From: an uncultured Thermodesulfobacteriota bacterium
Lineage (GTDB): Bacteria > Desulfobacterota > B13-G15
Assembly: GCA_964422255.1 (NCBI GenBank)
Contig: CAYRAR010000002.1
Location: forward strand, 1 to 32,417
DNA length: 32,417 nucleotides
Direction of reading: 5' to 3'
The notes beneath the pieces were generated by a model. The model had not been told where the DNA came from and searched no databases. It worked only from the letters and a program-made list of their open reading frames with translations. Positions 6,470 through 15,923 of this stretch are shown here, piece after piece (position 1 is the stretch's first letter; every line of letters begins with the position of its first letter). Position numbers and translations under genes: made by a program.

Positions 6470-9226
6470 ATGGATTACAAGGAGAGCCTGAACCTCCCTC
6501 GTACCGCCTTTCCCATGAAGGCCCAGCTGGCCAAAAGGGAGCCGGAGATCCTGCGCCGCTGGGAGGAGATGGGGCTCTACGAGAAGATCCGGGAGAAGCT
6601 CAGGGGGAAGGACAAGTACATCCTTCACGATGGCCCCCCCTACGCCAACGGTCATATCCACATGGGGACCGCCCTGAACAAGATCCTCAAGGACATCATC
6701 GTGAAATCGAAGGCGATGGCGGGTTACGACAGCATCTATGTGCCCGGATGGGACTGCCATGGCCTCCCCATAGAGCATGAGGTGGAGAAGACCCTGGGGC
6801 CGGAGAAGGAGAGGATGAGCAAGGTGGAGGTGCGCCGCCGCTGCCGTGAGTACGCCCAGAGATTCATCGAGGTCCAGCGGGAGGAGTTCAAAAGACTCGG
6901 TGTCTTCGGTGACTGGTCCCATCCCTACATCACCATGGATCACGAGTATCAGGCCACCATCGTCAGGGAGTTCGGGAAGTTCGTCGAGGGGGGATACCTT
7001 TACCAGGGGAAGAAGCCCATTTACTGGTGTCCCCATTGCAGGACCGCCCTCGCCGAGGCCGAGGTGGAGTACGGTCCCCATCGCACCCCTTCCATCTACG
7101 TGAAATTCCCGATGATCTCCGATATCTCGGAGAAGTTCCCTTCCCTGAAGGGGAAGGAGGTCTCGGTGGTGATCTGGACCACCACCCCCTGGACCCTTCC
7201 CGCCAACCTGGCCATAGCCCTCCATCCCGATTACGAGTACGGGGCCTTTGAGGTGGGGGGGGAGGTTTTCATCATGGCCCAGAGGCTCGCCCCCGTGGTG
7301 ATGGATCTACTCGGAAAGAGAGATTACAGGCTCCTTGCGGGATTTCTGGGGAAAGAGCTTGAGGGGTTCAAGTACCGGCATCCCTTCATCGACCGGGAGT
7401 CGGTGATCATCCTGGCCGATTACGTGACCCTCGATTCGGGCACGGGCTGCGTCCACACCGCCCCGGGCCACGGACAGGAGGACTACGAGAGCGGGCTCAA
7501 GTACGGCCTGGAGATTTATGCGCCAGTGGACGACGAGGGGAGGTTCCTTCCCGAGGTGGAGTTCTTCGGCGGGGAGTTCGTCTTTGACGCCAACCCCCAC
7601 GTGAACGCCAAGCTCCAGGAGGTGGGGGCCCTGCTCTATGAGGAGGAGGTGGAGCACTCCTACCCCCACTGCTGGCGCTGCAAGAATCCTGTGATCTTCC
7701 GCTCCACTGAGCAGTGGTTCATCTCCATAGACCATAGCGGGCTTCGCCAGAAGATACTGGACTGGATAGAGCGGGTCAGATGGATCCCCGAATGGGGGAA
7801 GGACCGGATCGGATCGATGATGGCCATCAGGCCCGACTGGTGCGTTTCCCGCCAGAGGGCCTGGGGTGTACCCATCGTGGCCTTCTATTGTGAGGGGTGC
7901 GGGGAGGTCCTCCTGAAGAAGGAGATCATCGATTTCGTGGCCGATAAGTTTGCCCAGGAGGGGGCGGACATCTGGTTTGACCGCCCCGCCGAGGAACTCC
8001 TCCCTCCGGGGACGAGCTGTCCTAGGTGCGGGGGCACATCCTTCAGGAAGGAGACCGATATCCTCGACGTCTGGTTCGATTCCGGGGTGAGCTGGGCGGC
8101 GGTCCTCGAGAGGAGGCCTGAGCTCCGCTTCCCCGCCGACCTCTACCTTGAGGGGAGCGACCAGCACCGGGGATGGTTTCACTCCTCCATTATAACCTCC
8201 GTGGCCAACCGGGGGGTCCCCCCCTATACCGCAGTGCTCACCCATGGCTTCGTGGTGGACGGGGAGGGGAAGAAGATGTCCAAGTCGGCGGGCAACGTTA
8301 TAGCCCCGGAGGAGATCATAGAGAAGTACGGGGCGGAGCTGCTCCGCCTCTGGGTGGCGGCCGAGGACTACAGGGACGACATAAAGATATCCCCTGAGAT
8401 CCTTGACCGCTTAGTGGAGGCCTATCGCAGGATCCGCAACACCTGGCGCTTCATGCTGGGGAACCTCTACGACTTCGATCCCAAGAGGGACAGGCTGCCC
8501 TATGGGGAGCTTCAGGAGATAGATCGCTGGATTCTCCATCGCTTCCAGCTCCTGCTTCAGAGGGTCCTTGAGGCCTATGAGAGCTTCTCCTTTCACATCA
8601 TCTACCATGCGGTTCACAACTTCTGCGTGGTCGACCTGAGCGCCCTCTATCTCGACATCCTCAAGGAGAGACTCTACACCTCCTTGGCCTCCGCCCCTGA
8701 GCGTCGTTCCGCCCAGACGGCCATCTATTATGTGCTCAAGGGACTCCTGCGCCTGATGGCCCCCATCCTCTCCTTCACGGCGGAGGAGGCATGGGGACAT
8801 CTGCCCAAGGAGGAGGGGGACCCGGAAAGCGTGCACCTCACTTCCTTCCCGACCGTGGACGAGGGGCTTATGGACGAAGCGCTGGGGGAGAGATGGGAGA
8901 GGCTTCTGGAGATGAGGGAGAGGGTCACCAAGGCCCTGGAGGAGGCGAGGAGGGAAAAGCTGATAGGGCATTCCCTCGACGCCCGGGTGATCATCAAGGC
9001 CCCGGCTGATGAGATAGCTTTCCTTGAGAGCTTCGGCGAAGAGCTCCGGGACATCTTCATCGTCTCCCAGGTGGAGCTGAGGAGGGATGAAGGGGTAGCA
9101 GTGGAGGTGAAAAGGGCGAAGGGATCCAAGTGCGCCCGGTGCTGGCTTTACGATGAGGGGGTGGGAAGTTCCCCCGAGTACCCTGACCTTTGCCCCCGCT
9201 GCCAAGAGGTGATGTCTAGAAGATGA
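6470..9226 (+). CDS. ileS: isoleucine--tRNA ligase
   Basis: HIGH-type motif [17 protein letters not shown] present, and a C-terminal CARCW...CPRC zinc finger. The ATG at 6470 is preceded by GGAGAAGGGG, and the conserved N-terminus starts at [10 protein letters not shown]. The ORF-track GTG at 6425 is probably an upstream extension. Confidence 0.95.
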   Translation: MDYKESLNLPRTAFPMKAQLAKREPEILRRWEEMGLYEKIREKLRGKDKYILHDGPPYANGHIHMGTALNKILKDIIVKSKAMAGYDSIYVPGWDCHGLPIEHEVEKTLGPEKERMSKVEVRRRCREYAQRFIEVQREEFKRLGVFGDWSHPYITMDHEYQATIVREFGKFVEGGYLYQGKKPIYWCPHCRTALAEAEVEYGPHRTPSIYVKFPMISDISEKFPSLKGKEVSVVIWTTTPWTLPANLAIALHPDYEYGAFEVGGEVFIMAQRLAPVVMDLLGKRDYRLLAGFLGKELEGFKYRHPFIDRESVIILADYVTLDSGTGCVHTAPGHGQEDYESGLKYGLEIYAPVDDEGRFLPEVEFFGGEFVFDANPHVNAKLQEVGALLYEEEVEHSYPHCWRCKNPVIFRSTEQWFISIDHSGLRQKILDWIERVRWIPEWGKDRIGSMMAIRPDWCVSRQRAWGVPIVAFYCEGCGEVLLKKEIIDFVADKFAQEGADIWFDRPAEELLPPGTSCPRCGGTSFRKETDILDVWFDSGVSWAAVLERRPELRFPADLYLEGSDQHRGWFHSSIITSVANRGVPPYTAVLTHGFVVDGEGKKMSKSAGNVIAPEEIIEKYGAELLRLWVAAEDYRDDIKISPEILDRLVEAYRRIRNTWRFMLGNLYDFDPKRDRLPYGELQEIDRWILHRFQLLLQRVLEAYESFSFHIIYHAVHNFCVVDLSALYLDILKERLYTSLASAPERRSAQTAIYYVLKGLLRLMAPILSFTAEEAWGHLPKEEGDPESVHLTSFPTVDEGLMDEALGERWERLLEMRERVTKALEEARREKLIGHSLDARVIIKAPADEIAFLESFGEELRDIFIVSQVELRRDEGVAVEVKRAKGSKCARCWLYDEGVGSSPEYPDLCPRCQEVMSRR

Positions 9227-9681
9227 GCAGATATCTGACCCTGGCCGTCACCCTGGGGATAGTCCTTCCCTTAGATCAGGGATCGAAGTTTTTGGCCTCA
9301 AGCCTCCTCTCACCCTATGAGACCTGTCCTGTGATAAAGGGTTTCTTCAACCTGACCCTCATCTTCAACAAGGGGGCCCTCTTCGGGATGGGCGGAGGGG
9401 GTGCCTTCTGCTGGCTCTTCGTCCCGGTGAGCGTCATTGCCCTGATATTCATCTTCTTCTACCTCCGCTCTGCCCACCAGAACGAGACCCTGGCCCTTTC
9501 CCTGATCTTTTCAGGGGCATTGGGAAACCTGATCGACCGTCTGGCACGAGGGGCGGTGGTAGACTTCCTCGATTTTCACCTCGCCGGATACCACTGGCCC
9601 GCCTTCAACCTGGCCGATGTGGCCATAACCGTCGGGGTGGGGCTCTTTCTCCTTTCCCTTTTGCGCAGAAAGAGGAGATGA
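9223..9681 (+). CDS. lspA: lipoprotein signal peptidase II
   Basis: 152-aa membrane protein with [24 protein letters not shown] and FNLAD motifs. Its ATG overlaps the ileS stop (ATGA). Confidence 0.85.
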   Translation: MSRYLTLAVTLGIVLPLDQGSKFLASSLLSPYETCPVIKGFFNLTLIFNKGALFGMGGGGAFCWLFVPVSVIALIFIFFYLRSAHQNETLALSLIFSGALGNLIDRLARGAVVDFLDFHLAGYHWPAFNLADVAITVGVGLFLLSLLRRKRR

Positions 9682-9682
9682 G

Positions 9683-10438
9683 ATGCATCCCTTGCTCTTC
9701 GGCATCAGGGGCTTTAAGGTCCACACCTATGGAGTGCTCATCGCCATAGGGGTGCTCCTCGGCATCTGGGTCCTGAGGAGGGGGGCGAGGGCCGAGGGGA
9801 TAGACCCCGAGAAGGTGACCGATGTGGCCTTCTGGGCCCTGCTGGCGGCCCTTGCAGGGGCGAGGGTCTCCTTTATCCTGCTTCACTGGGGGGAGTACGC
9901 CGGGGAGCCCCTGAGGGCCCTGAAGTTCTGGGAGGGAGGGCTCGTGTTTTACGGGGGACTGATCCCGGGAATCCTGGTGGGTGTCCTCACCATAAGGACA
10001 AAGGGGCTGCCTGTCCTGAAGACGATGGACCTCTTTGCCCCCTCCCTTGCCCTAGGCCATGCCATCGGGCGGATAGGATGCTTCTGTGCCGGATGTTGCT
10101 ACGGAAGCCCCACTTCCCTTCCCTGGGGGGTGATCTTCCGCGATCCCCAGAGCTTAGCCCCCCTGGGAGTGAGGCTCCACCCCACCCAGCTCTACAGCTC
10201 CCTTTTCCTCTTCGGCCTCTTCCTCTTCCTGCTCTTTTTGCGGCGGAGAAAGGCGTTCGCAGGGGAGGTCTTCTGGAGCTATCTCCTGATTTACAGCGCG
10301 GGGCGCTTCCTTCTGGAGTTTTTGCGCGGCGATCCCCGCGCTCAACTGCTGTGGGGGCTTTCCCATAATCAGGGGGTGATGGTGGCCCTTTTTTTCCTCT
10401 CCCTCATTATGCTAAGATATTCGAAGAAAAATGCGTGA
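9683..10438 (+). CDS. lgt: prolipoprotein diacylglyceryl transferase
   Basis: 251-aa polytopic membrane protein with GRIGCF..GCCYG and HPTQLYSS motifs typical of Lgt. Confidence 0.85.
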   Translation: MHPLLFGIRGFKVHTYGVLIAIGVLLGIWVLRRGARAEGIDPEKVTDVAFWALLAALAGARVSFILLHWGEYAGEPLRALKFWEGGLVFYGGLIPGILVGVLTIRTKGLPVLKTMDLFAPSLALGHAIGRIGCFCAGCCYGSPTSLPWGVIFRDPQSLAPLGVRLHPTQLYSSLFLFGLFLFLLFLRRRKAFAGEVFWSYLLIYSAGRFLLEFLRGDPRAQLLWGLSHNQGVMVALFFLSLIMLRYSKKNA

Positions 10439-10943
10439 AATCGTTATATATCCTGATCCCGTCCTGAGGAAGAAGGCCAAGGAGATCAAGAGGATAGACG
10501 ACGGGGTGGCGCGATTGGCGGCGGAGATGGCCGAGACGATGTACGCCGCCCCGGGGATAGGCCTTGCTGCTCCACAAGTAGGGGTCTCCGAGAGGGTGAT
10601 CCTCGTGGATGTGACGGGGCCGGAGAGGAAGGAGCTGATCACCCTGGTAAATCCGGTGATCGTGGAGAAGGAGGGGAGGGTGATCTTCGAGGAGGGTTGC
10701 CTGAGCCTCCCTGAGGTGAGGGAGAAGGTGGAAAGGGCCGCTCGGGTCCTGGTCAGGGGGTATGACCTTGATGAGCGGGAGAGGGAGATAGAGGCCGAGG
10801 GGTTGCTCGCCATCGCCCTCCAGCATGAGATAGATCACCTCGATGGGGTGCTCTTCATCGATTACCTGAGCCGGCTGAAGAGGGACATGATCGAAAGGAA
10901 GCTCAGGAAGTGGAAGCGGGAGATCTTGAAGGAGAGGTTGTAA
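10431..10943 (+). CDS. def: peptide deformylase
   Basis: All three Def motifs are present: GIGLAAPQVG, EGCLSLP and HEIDHLDG. Confidence 0.95.
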   Translation: MREIVIYPDPVLRKKAKEIKRIDDGVARLAAEMAETMYAAPGIGLAAPQVGVSERVILVDVTGPERKELITLVNPVIVEKEGRVIFEEGCLSLPEVREKVERAARVLVRGYDLDEREREIEAEGLLAIALQHEIDHLDGVLFIDYLSRLKRDMIERKLRKWKREILKERL

Positions 10944-11864
10944 TTGAAAGAGGGCCTCATCTTCATGGGGACTTCCCGCTTTTCCCTCCCCTCCCTCATG
11001 AAGCTGACGAAGGAAGAGAAAGTGCTGGCGGTGGTGACCCAGCCAGACCGTCCTAAGGGGAGGGGGCGGAGGCCTTCACCCCCTCCGGTAAAGGAGTGGG
11101 CGCTGAAGGAGGGTCTGCGGGTCCTTCAGCCTGAAAGGCTGGACGAGGCCTTCTTGAGAGAGCTTCAGACCCTTGGGCCGGAGGTGATCGCGGTTGCTGC
11201 CTTTGGTCAGCGACTTCCCAAGGAGGTGCTGGAGCTTCCCCCCTTGGGGTGTATAAACCTCCATCCCTCCCTCCTTCCTCGCTGGAGGGGGGCGGCGCCC
11301 ATAAACTGGGCCATCATCAGCGGCGATGAGCGGACAGGGGTCACCACCATCCTGATGGACGAGGGGATGGACACGGGCCCTATACTCCTTCAGCAGGAGG
11401 TCCCCATCGGGGAGGATGAGACGGCCGAGGAGCTCTGCAGGAGGCTTTCTGAGCTCGGGGCGGATCTCCTCCTTGAGACCATCAGGCGCTGGAGGGGAGG
11501 CGAGATAAGGCCCACTCCCCAGAAGGAGGAAGGGGCCACCTATGCCCCCATGCTGAGAAAGGAAGACGGCCTTTTGCGGTGGGAGAGGACGGCCCGTGAG
11601 CTGAGGAATCAGATCCGGGGGATGCTTCCCTGGCCCGGATCCTACACCTTCTGGCGGGGGAAGCGCCTCATCCTCCACCGAGCGAGGCTTGGGGAGGGGA
11701 AGGGGAGGGCAGGGGAGGTGATCTCCACCAGGGAGGGGATAGAGGTGTCCTGCGGGGAGGGCTCCCTTATCATCGAGGAACTGCAGATGGAAGGGAAGAG
11801 GAAGATGAGGTGGGATGAGTTCTTGAGGGGTTATCGCTTGGGGAGTGGGGAGCGCTTCGGTTAA
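10944..11864 (+). CDS. fmt: methionyl-tRNA formyltransferase
   Basis: A TTG start lies directly after the def stop. The N-terminus reads LIFMGT, the motif HPSLLPRWRGAAPI is present, and there is a C-terminal Fmt domain. Confidence 0.9.
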   Translation: MKEGLIFMGTSRFSLPSLMKLTKEEKVLAVVTQPDRPKGRGRRPSPPPVKEWALKEGLRVLQPERLDEAFLRELQTLGPEVIAVAAFGQRLPKEVLELPPLGCINLHPSLLPRWRGAAPINWAIISGDERTGVTTILMDEGMDTGPILLQQEVPIGEDETAEELCRRLSELGADLLLETIRRWRGGEIRPTPQKEEGATYAPMLRKEDGLLRWERTARELRNQIRGMLPWPGSYTFWRGKRLILHRARLGEGKGRAGEVISTREGIEVSCGEGSLIIEELQMEGKRKMRWDEFLRGYRLGSGERFG

Positions 11865-11878
11865 GAAATTATGAGTTT

Positions 11879-12310
11879 TTATCTGAGATTGTTTATTACA
11901 TTCTTTGAAGTATCATGTTTTTTCTTGATTATGTTTGATATAGTTTGATATATTCGCTGGCTACGCTCAGGAATTTCAAGGATATTTAAATTGTTTATGA
12001 TAAAGCCCATTTTTTCTAAAGTGGTCCTTTCCATAAGGAAATAGTCCTTATGAAGAGATACCCTTAATAAAAAGGGTCTAAACTTACTCTTCAGAACAAT
12101 AGCCCCTGTCTTTCGATGGAAACCCTTAACCCTTACTTGAAATGTTCTTTCATCTATCTTTTCTATTTTCCCTACCGTAAAACCCAGCTTTTCCATGTGT
12201 TCTCTTATTATCTCTTGGTCATCGGTGATTCCGTTAGCAAAGGTAACGACTCCAGCGAGAAAGAATAAGAAAGGAAAAGCTGAAATCATCGCAATTATTT
12301 TATCGTTCAT
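11879..12310 (-). CDS. hypothetical exported/membrane-anchored protein in a low-GC islet
   Basis: An uninterrupted 143-aa ORF in AT-rich DNA. A strong SD (GGGGGAGGG) lies about 5 nt upstream of the ATG. The N-terminus has a hydrophobic segment (IIAMISAFPFLFFLAGVVTFA). I recognise no family. Confidence 0.6.
   Translation of the reverse strand: MNDKIIAMISAFPFLFFLAGVVTFANGITDDQEIIREHMEKLGFTVGKIEKIDERTFQVRVKGFHRKTGAIVLKSKFRPFLLRVSLHKDYFLMERTTLEKMGFIINNLNILEIPERSQRIYQTISNIIKKKHDTSKNVINNLR
11933..11952. repeat. perfect tandem duplication of the 10-nt unit GTTTGATATA
   Basis: Read directly: 11933-11942 is identical to 11943-11952. The repeat lies inside the 3' part of the islet ORF. Confidence 0.9.
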
Positions 12311-12356
12311 TTTTCCCTCCCCCTTGTTTGTTTATCTTAATAAAGAAACGCGGGAC

Positions 12357-12385
12357 TGGACAAGAGGGGAATCAGGACTTAAAAT
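12357..12385 (+). promoter_or_regulatory. candidate sigma70-type promoter for htpX
   Basis: TGGACA-N17-TAAAAT, located about 40 nt upstream of the htpX ATG. This rests on a sequence match only. Confidence 0.3.
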
Positions 12386-12426
12386 TTATTAAACGATGCC
12401 ATGGAAAAGGGAGGAGGTGTTGAAAT

Positions 12427-13278
12427 ATGAATCAGCTTAAGACCTTCCTTTTGATGGCGCTCCTTACGATCCTCTTCATCTGGATAGGGAACCTGCTGGG
12501 CGGAAGGGAAGGGGCAACCTTTGCCCTGATACTGGCTGCAGCGATGAACCTGGGCACCTACTGGTTCAGCGATAAGATCGTGCTCGCCATGTACAGGGCA
12601 AGGGAGGTGACCGAAGCGGAGGCACCGGGCCTCTATCGCATCGTGAGGGAGCTGGCCACAAGGGCTTCCATGCCCATGCCCCGGGTCTACGTGATCGAGT
12701 CCGATTCCCCCAATGCCTTTGCCACGGGGAGGAACCCCCAGCATGCTGCCGTGGCGGTGACCACAGGCATTATGCGTCTGCTGGATGAAGAGGAGCTTAA
12801 GGGAGTGATCGGCCATGAGCTCTCTCACATCCGCCACAGGGACATCCTCATAGGAACGATAGCCGCCACCATCGCCGGGGCCTTGAGTTACCTGGCCATG
12901 ATGGCTCGCTGGAGCGCCTTCTTCGGTGGATTTGGCGGCGACGATGAAGAGGGAGGTGGGAACATCTTTCTGGTGATGATCCTGACTACTTTTGCCGCCT
13001 TCGCGGCCATGCTGATTCAGCTGGCCATCTCCCGCTCCAGGGAATACTACGCCGATGAGGGCGGGGCCCGACTCTGCGGGAATCCCCTCTATCTGGCCCG
13101 GGCCCTGGGCAAACTGGATATGGCCGCAAAGAGGATCCCCTTAGAGGCTAACCCCGCCACAGCCCACATGTTCATCGTCAACCCCCTCAGGGGAGGGGGC
13201 ATAATGACTCTTTTCAGCACCCATCCCCCCATCGAAGAGAGGATCAGGAGGCTGGAGGAGATGGCCCGGGGCCGCTGA
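12427..13278 (+). CDS. htpX: zinc metalloprotease HtpX
   Basis: 283-aa membrane protein with the [10 protein letters not shown] (HExxH) motif and an HtpX-like topology. An SD (GGGAGGAGG) lies upstream. Confidence 0.9.
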   Translation: MNQLKTFLLMALLTILFIWIGNLLGGREGATFALILAAAMNLGTYWFSDKIVLAMYRAREVTEAEAPGLYRIVRELATRASMPMPRVYVIESDSPNAFATGRNPQHAAVAVTTGIMRLLDEEELKGVIGHELSHIRHRDILIGTIAATIAGALSYLAMMARWSAFFGGFGGDDEEGGGNIFLVMILTTFAAFAAMLIQLAISRSREYYADEGGARLCGNPLYLARALGKLDMAAKRIPLEANPATAHMFIVNPLRGGGIMTLFSTHPPIEERIRRLEEMARGR

Positions 13279-14600
13279 TGGACCCTCTGAGAAGAAGGGC
13301 GGTTGAGATCCTCATCGAGTGGGAGAAGAGGGGGTCCAAATTGGACCCCCTCTTCTTTAAGGAGACCAAGGGGCTGGGGAGCCGGGAGAGGAGGCTCCTG
13401 AGGGAGCTGGTCTACGGGGTCGTGCGCTGGCTCCTCAGGCTCGATCACGTGATCGCCCAGCATTCCAAAGTGAAACTTCAGCGGATGGAAAGGGTGGTTC
13501 TGGCCGCCCTCAGGGTGGGGGCCTATCAACTCCTCTTCCTCGACTCGGTGCCCCCTTGGGCAGCGGTCTCAGAGATGGTAGAGGTGGTGAAGGGGATGGG
13601 GAAGGAGCAGGCAGCGGGCTTCGTCAACGCGGTGTTGAGGGCCGTAGCCGAGGGTGGGGAAGGGGAGTTCCCCGATCGGGAAGAAGACCCCCGGGGATAT
13701 CTCTCCATCGCCTTCTCCCACCCTGGGTGGGTGGTGGAGGACTGGCTCAAGCGATGGGGGCTCCAGGAGACGGAGCGCCTCTGTGCGGCCAACAACCTCA
13801 TCCCCCCTCTCACCATCCGGGTCAACACCCTCCGGGGGGAGAGGGAGGAACTGCTGGGGCGGCTGGCCCTGGAGGGCAGGAGGGCCTATCCCACCCCTTA
13901 CTCCCCCTGGGGGTTGATCCTGGAGGATGAGGAGGGGTTCACCGAAAGCGAGCTTTTTAAAGAGGGGTGGTTCCAGGTCCAGGACGAGGGGGCCCAGCTT
14001 GTGGTGATGCTCCTTTCCCCCGAGCCGGGGGAAAGGGTGCTGGAGCTCTGTGCCGCCCCTGGGGGGAAGGCAACCCACATCGCCCAGATGATGAGGAACA
14101 AGGGGGAGGTGGTGGCCGTTGACATAAGCCCTCAGAAGCTCTCCCTGCTCAGGGAGAACTGCAGGAGGCTGGGTATAATCAATGTCAAGGCGGAGCGTTA
14201 TGATGCCAGGGGGCCCCTCCCCTTTTCCCCGGAGAGCTTCGACAGAGTGCTGGTGGATGCCCCGTGTACGGGCCTGGGGGTCCTGAGGCGAAACCCCGAC
14301 GGGAAATGGAGGGTGAAGGAAGAGGATGCGAAGAGGCTCTCAGAGCTACAGTTCGAGATCCTGCAGGAAGGGGCCAGAGTACTCAAGAAGGGAGGGACCC
14401 TCCTTTACAGCACCTGCACCCTCACCCGAGAGGAGAACGAGGGAGTGGTGGAGAGACTCCTGGAGAAGGACAATTTTCAGCTTCTGGAGCCTCCCCCCTT
14501 CCTTCCTCCTTCCTTCTTCACACCGAAGGGGTACTTCCTCAGTCTGCCCCACCGGCACGGGACCGATGGCTTTTTCGCCGCCTTCCTCAAGAAGGGATGA
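13278..14600 (+). CDS. rsmB: 16S rRNA (cytosine967-C5)-methyltransferase
   Basis: It has a NusB-like N-terminal domain, the motifs DAPCTGLGVLRRNPD and YSTCTL, and a TDGFFAAFL tail. Its start overlaps the htpX stop (TGATG). Confidence 0.85.
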   Translation: MDPLRRRAVEILIEWEKRGSKLDPLFFKETKGLGSRERRLLRELVYGVVRWLLRLDHVIAQHSKVKLQRMERVVLAALRVGAYQLLFLDSVPPWAAVSEMVEVVKGMGKEQAAGFVNAVLRAVAEGGEGEFPDREEDPRGYLSIAFSHPGWVVEDWLKRWGLQETERLCAANNLIPPLTIRVNTLRGEREELLGRLALEGRRAYPTPYSPWGLILEDEEGFTESELFKEGWFQVQDEGAQLVVMLLSPEPGERVLELCAAPGGKATHIAQMMRNKGEVVAVDISPQKLSLLRENCRRLGIINVKAERYDARGPLPFSPESFDRVLVDAPCTGLGVLRRNPDGKWRVKEEDAKRLSELQFEILQEGARVLKKGGTLLYSTCTLTREENEGVVERLLEKDNFQLLEPPPFLPPSFFTPKGYFLSLPHRHGTDGFFAAFLKKG

Positions 14601-15912
14601 CCCTGGCCTCGAGGTCATAAGGTCCTGCCCCCACGACCTCCGCCTCCACGATCTCCCCCTCTGCCAACCCCTTCCCCGAAAGGTAGGTCACCCCATCGAT
14701 CTCAGGGGCTTGAAAGGGGGTGCGGCCTACCCACCTTTGCCCTTCCCTCCTCTCCACCAGCACCTGAACCTTCCTTCCCAGAAGCCCTCTGTTCCTTTTG
14801 TAGGATACCTTTTGCTGAAGCTCCATGACCCGATGATACCTCTCAGAGACAACCTCCCCTGGAGGGGCCTCCCAGGGATATGACCTCGTTCCCTCCTCAG
14901 GGGAGTAGCGGAAGGCCCCTAAGTGGGTGAACTCCACCTCTTCGATGAAGTCGAGGAGTTCTTCGAACTCTTCCTCTCCCTCGCCCGAAAACCCCACCAT
15001 TACCGTCCCCCGGAGGTGGATCTGGGGCCACCTCCCCTTGATGGTTTCGAGGAGCCTCCTGATGTCCCTCCCTGATGTTCTCCTTCCCATCCTCCTGAGG
15101 ACCCGATCGTTCACGTGCTGTATGGGGAGGTCAAGGTAGGGGACGATCTTCTCCTCCGAGGCCACGAGCTCAAGCAGGGAAGGGGGAAAGTTTTTCGGAT
15201 GGGGATAGGTGTAGAGGAAGCGGATCCAGCGCACCCCCTTCACCTCGAGGAGGCGACGAAGGAGTCCCTCAAGCCCCCCCTTGATCCCGAGGTCCCTCCC
15301 GTAGAAGGTCGTGTCCTGGGCGACCAGCACCACCTCCCTCACCCCCATCTCCCCAAGCCTCCTTACCTCCTGGATCACGGAGGACGGTCGGCGGCTCCTG
15401 TACCTGCCCCTGAGCCTGGGTATGAGACAGAAGGTACAGGGATGGTCACACCCTTCGGCTATCTTCACATAGGCCATGTAGGGGTTGTTGAAGAGCACCC
15501 TGGGGGAGCGGTGATCGTAAAGGTAGGTCGGCTCCCCCACCCATATCCCCCTCTTCCCGTCCTCCAGGAGCTGGGCCAATCTCATAAACTCCCCCGAGCC
15601 CAGCCAGATGTCCACCTCAGGCATCTCCTCGAGGAGCCTTTCGCCATATCTCTGGGGGAGACACCCGAGGACGGCCAAGGTGGCATGGGGGGACTTTCTT
15701 TGGGCCATCTCCAGGATCGCCTCCACGGCCTCCTTCACCGCCTCCTCGAGGAAGGCGCAGGTGTTTACTACCACCACATCTGCCTCCTCCGGGGAGGCGA
15801 CGAGTCCCCATCCCCTTTGCAATAGGTCCCCCAGCAGGACCTCAGAGTCCACCTGGTTCTTGGGGCAACCTAAGCTCAGCAGGTATATTCCCCTTTGCTC
15901 CGGCAATTGCAT
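14587..15912 (-). CDS. rimO: ribosomal protein S12 methylthiotransferase
   Basis: It has SLGCPKNQVDSE (RimO-type N-terminus), NTCAF, the radical SAM motif CDHPCTFC, and a C-terminal TRAM-like domain. Confidence 0.85.
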   Translation of the reverse strand: MQLPEQRGIYLLSLGCPKNQVDSEVLLGDLLQRGWGLVASPEEADVVVVNTCAFLEEAVKEAVEAILEMAQRKSPHATLAVLGCLPQRYGERLLEEMPEVDIWLGSGEFMRLAQLLEDGKRGIWVGEPTYLYDHRSPRVLFNNPYMAYVKIAEGCDHPCTFCLIPRLRGRYRSRRPSSVIQEVRRLGEMGVREVVLVAQDTTFYGRDLGIKGGLEGLLRRLLEVKGVRWIRFLYTYPHPKNFPPSLLELVASEEKIVPYLDLPIQHVNDRVLRRMGRRTSGRDIRRLLETIKGRWPQIHLRGTVMVGFSGEGEEEFEELLDFIEEVEFTHLGAFRYSPEEGTRSYPWEAPPGEVVSERYHRVMELQQKVSYKRNRGLLGRKVQVLVERREGQRWVGRTPFQAPEIDGVTYLSGKGLAEGEIVEAEVVGAGPYDLEARVIPS

Positions 15913-15923
15913 CTTTTTCCCTA

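Noticed and set aside
6368-9205. Three long minus-strand ORFs (6368-7225, 7307-8245, 8411-9205), plus several plus-strand off-frame ORFs, inside ileS.
   Set aside because: All lie within a gene that has unambiguous IleS motifs. They are shadow ORFs, which are permitted because the stop-codon complements (TTA, CTA, TCA) are rare in this codon usage.
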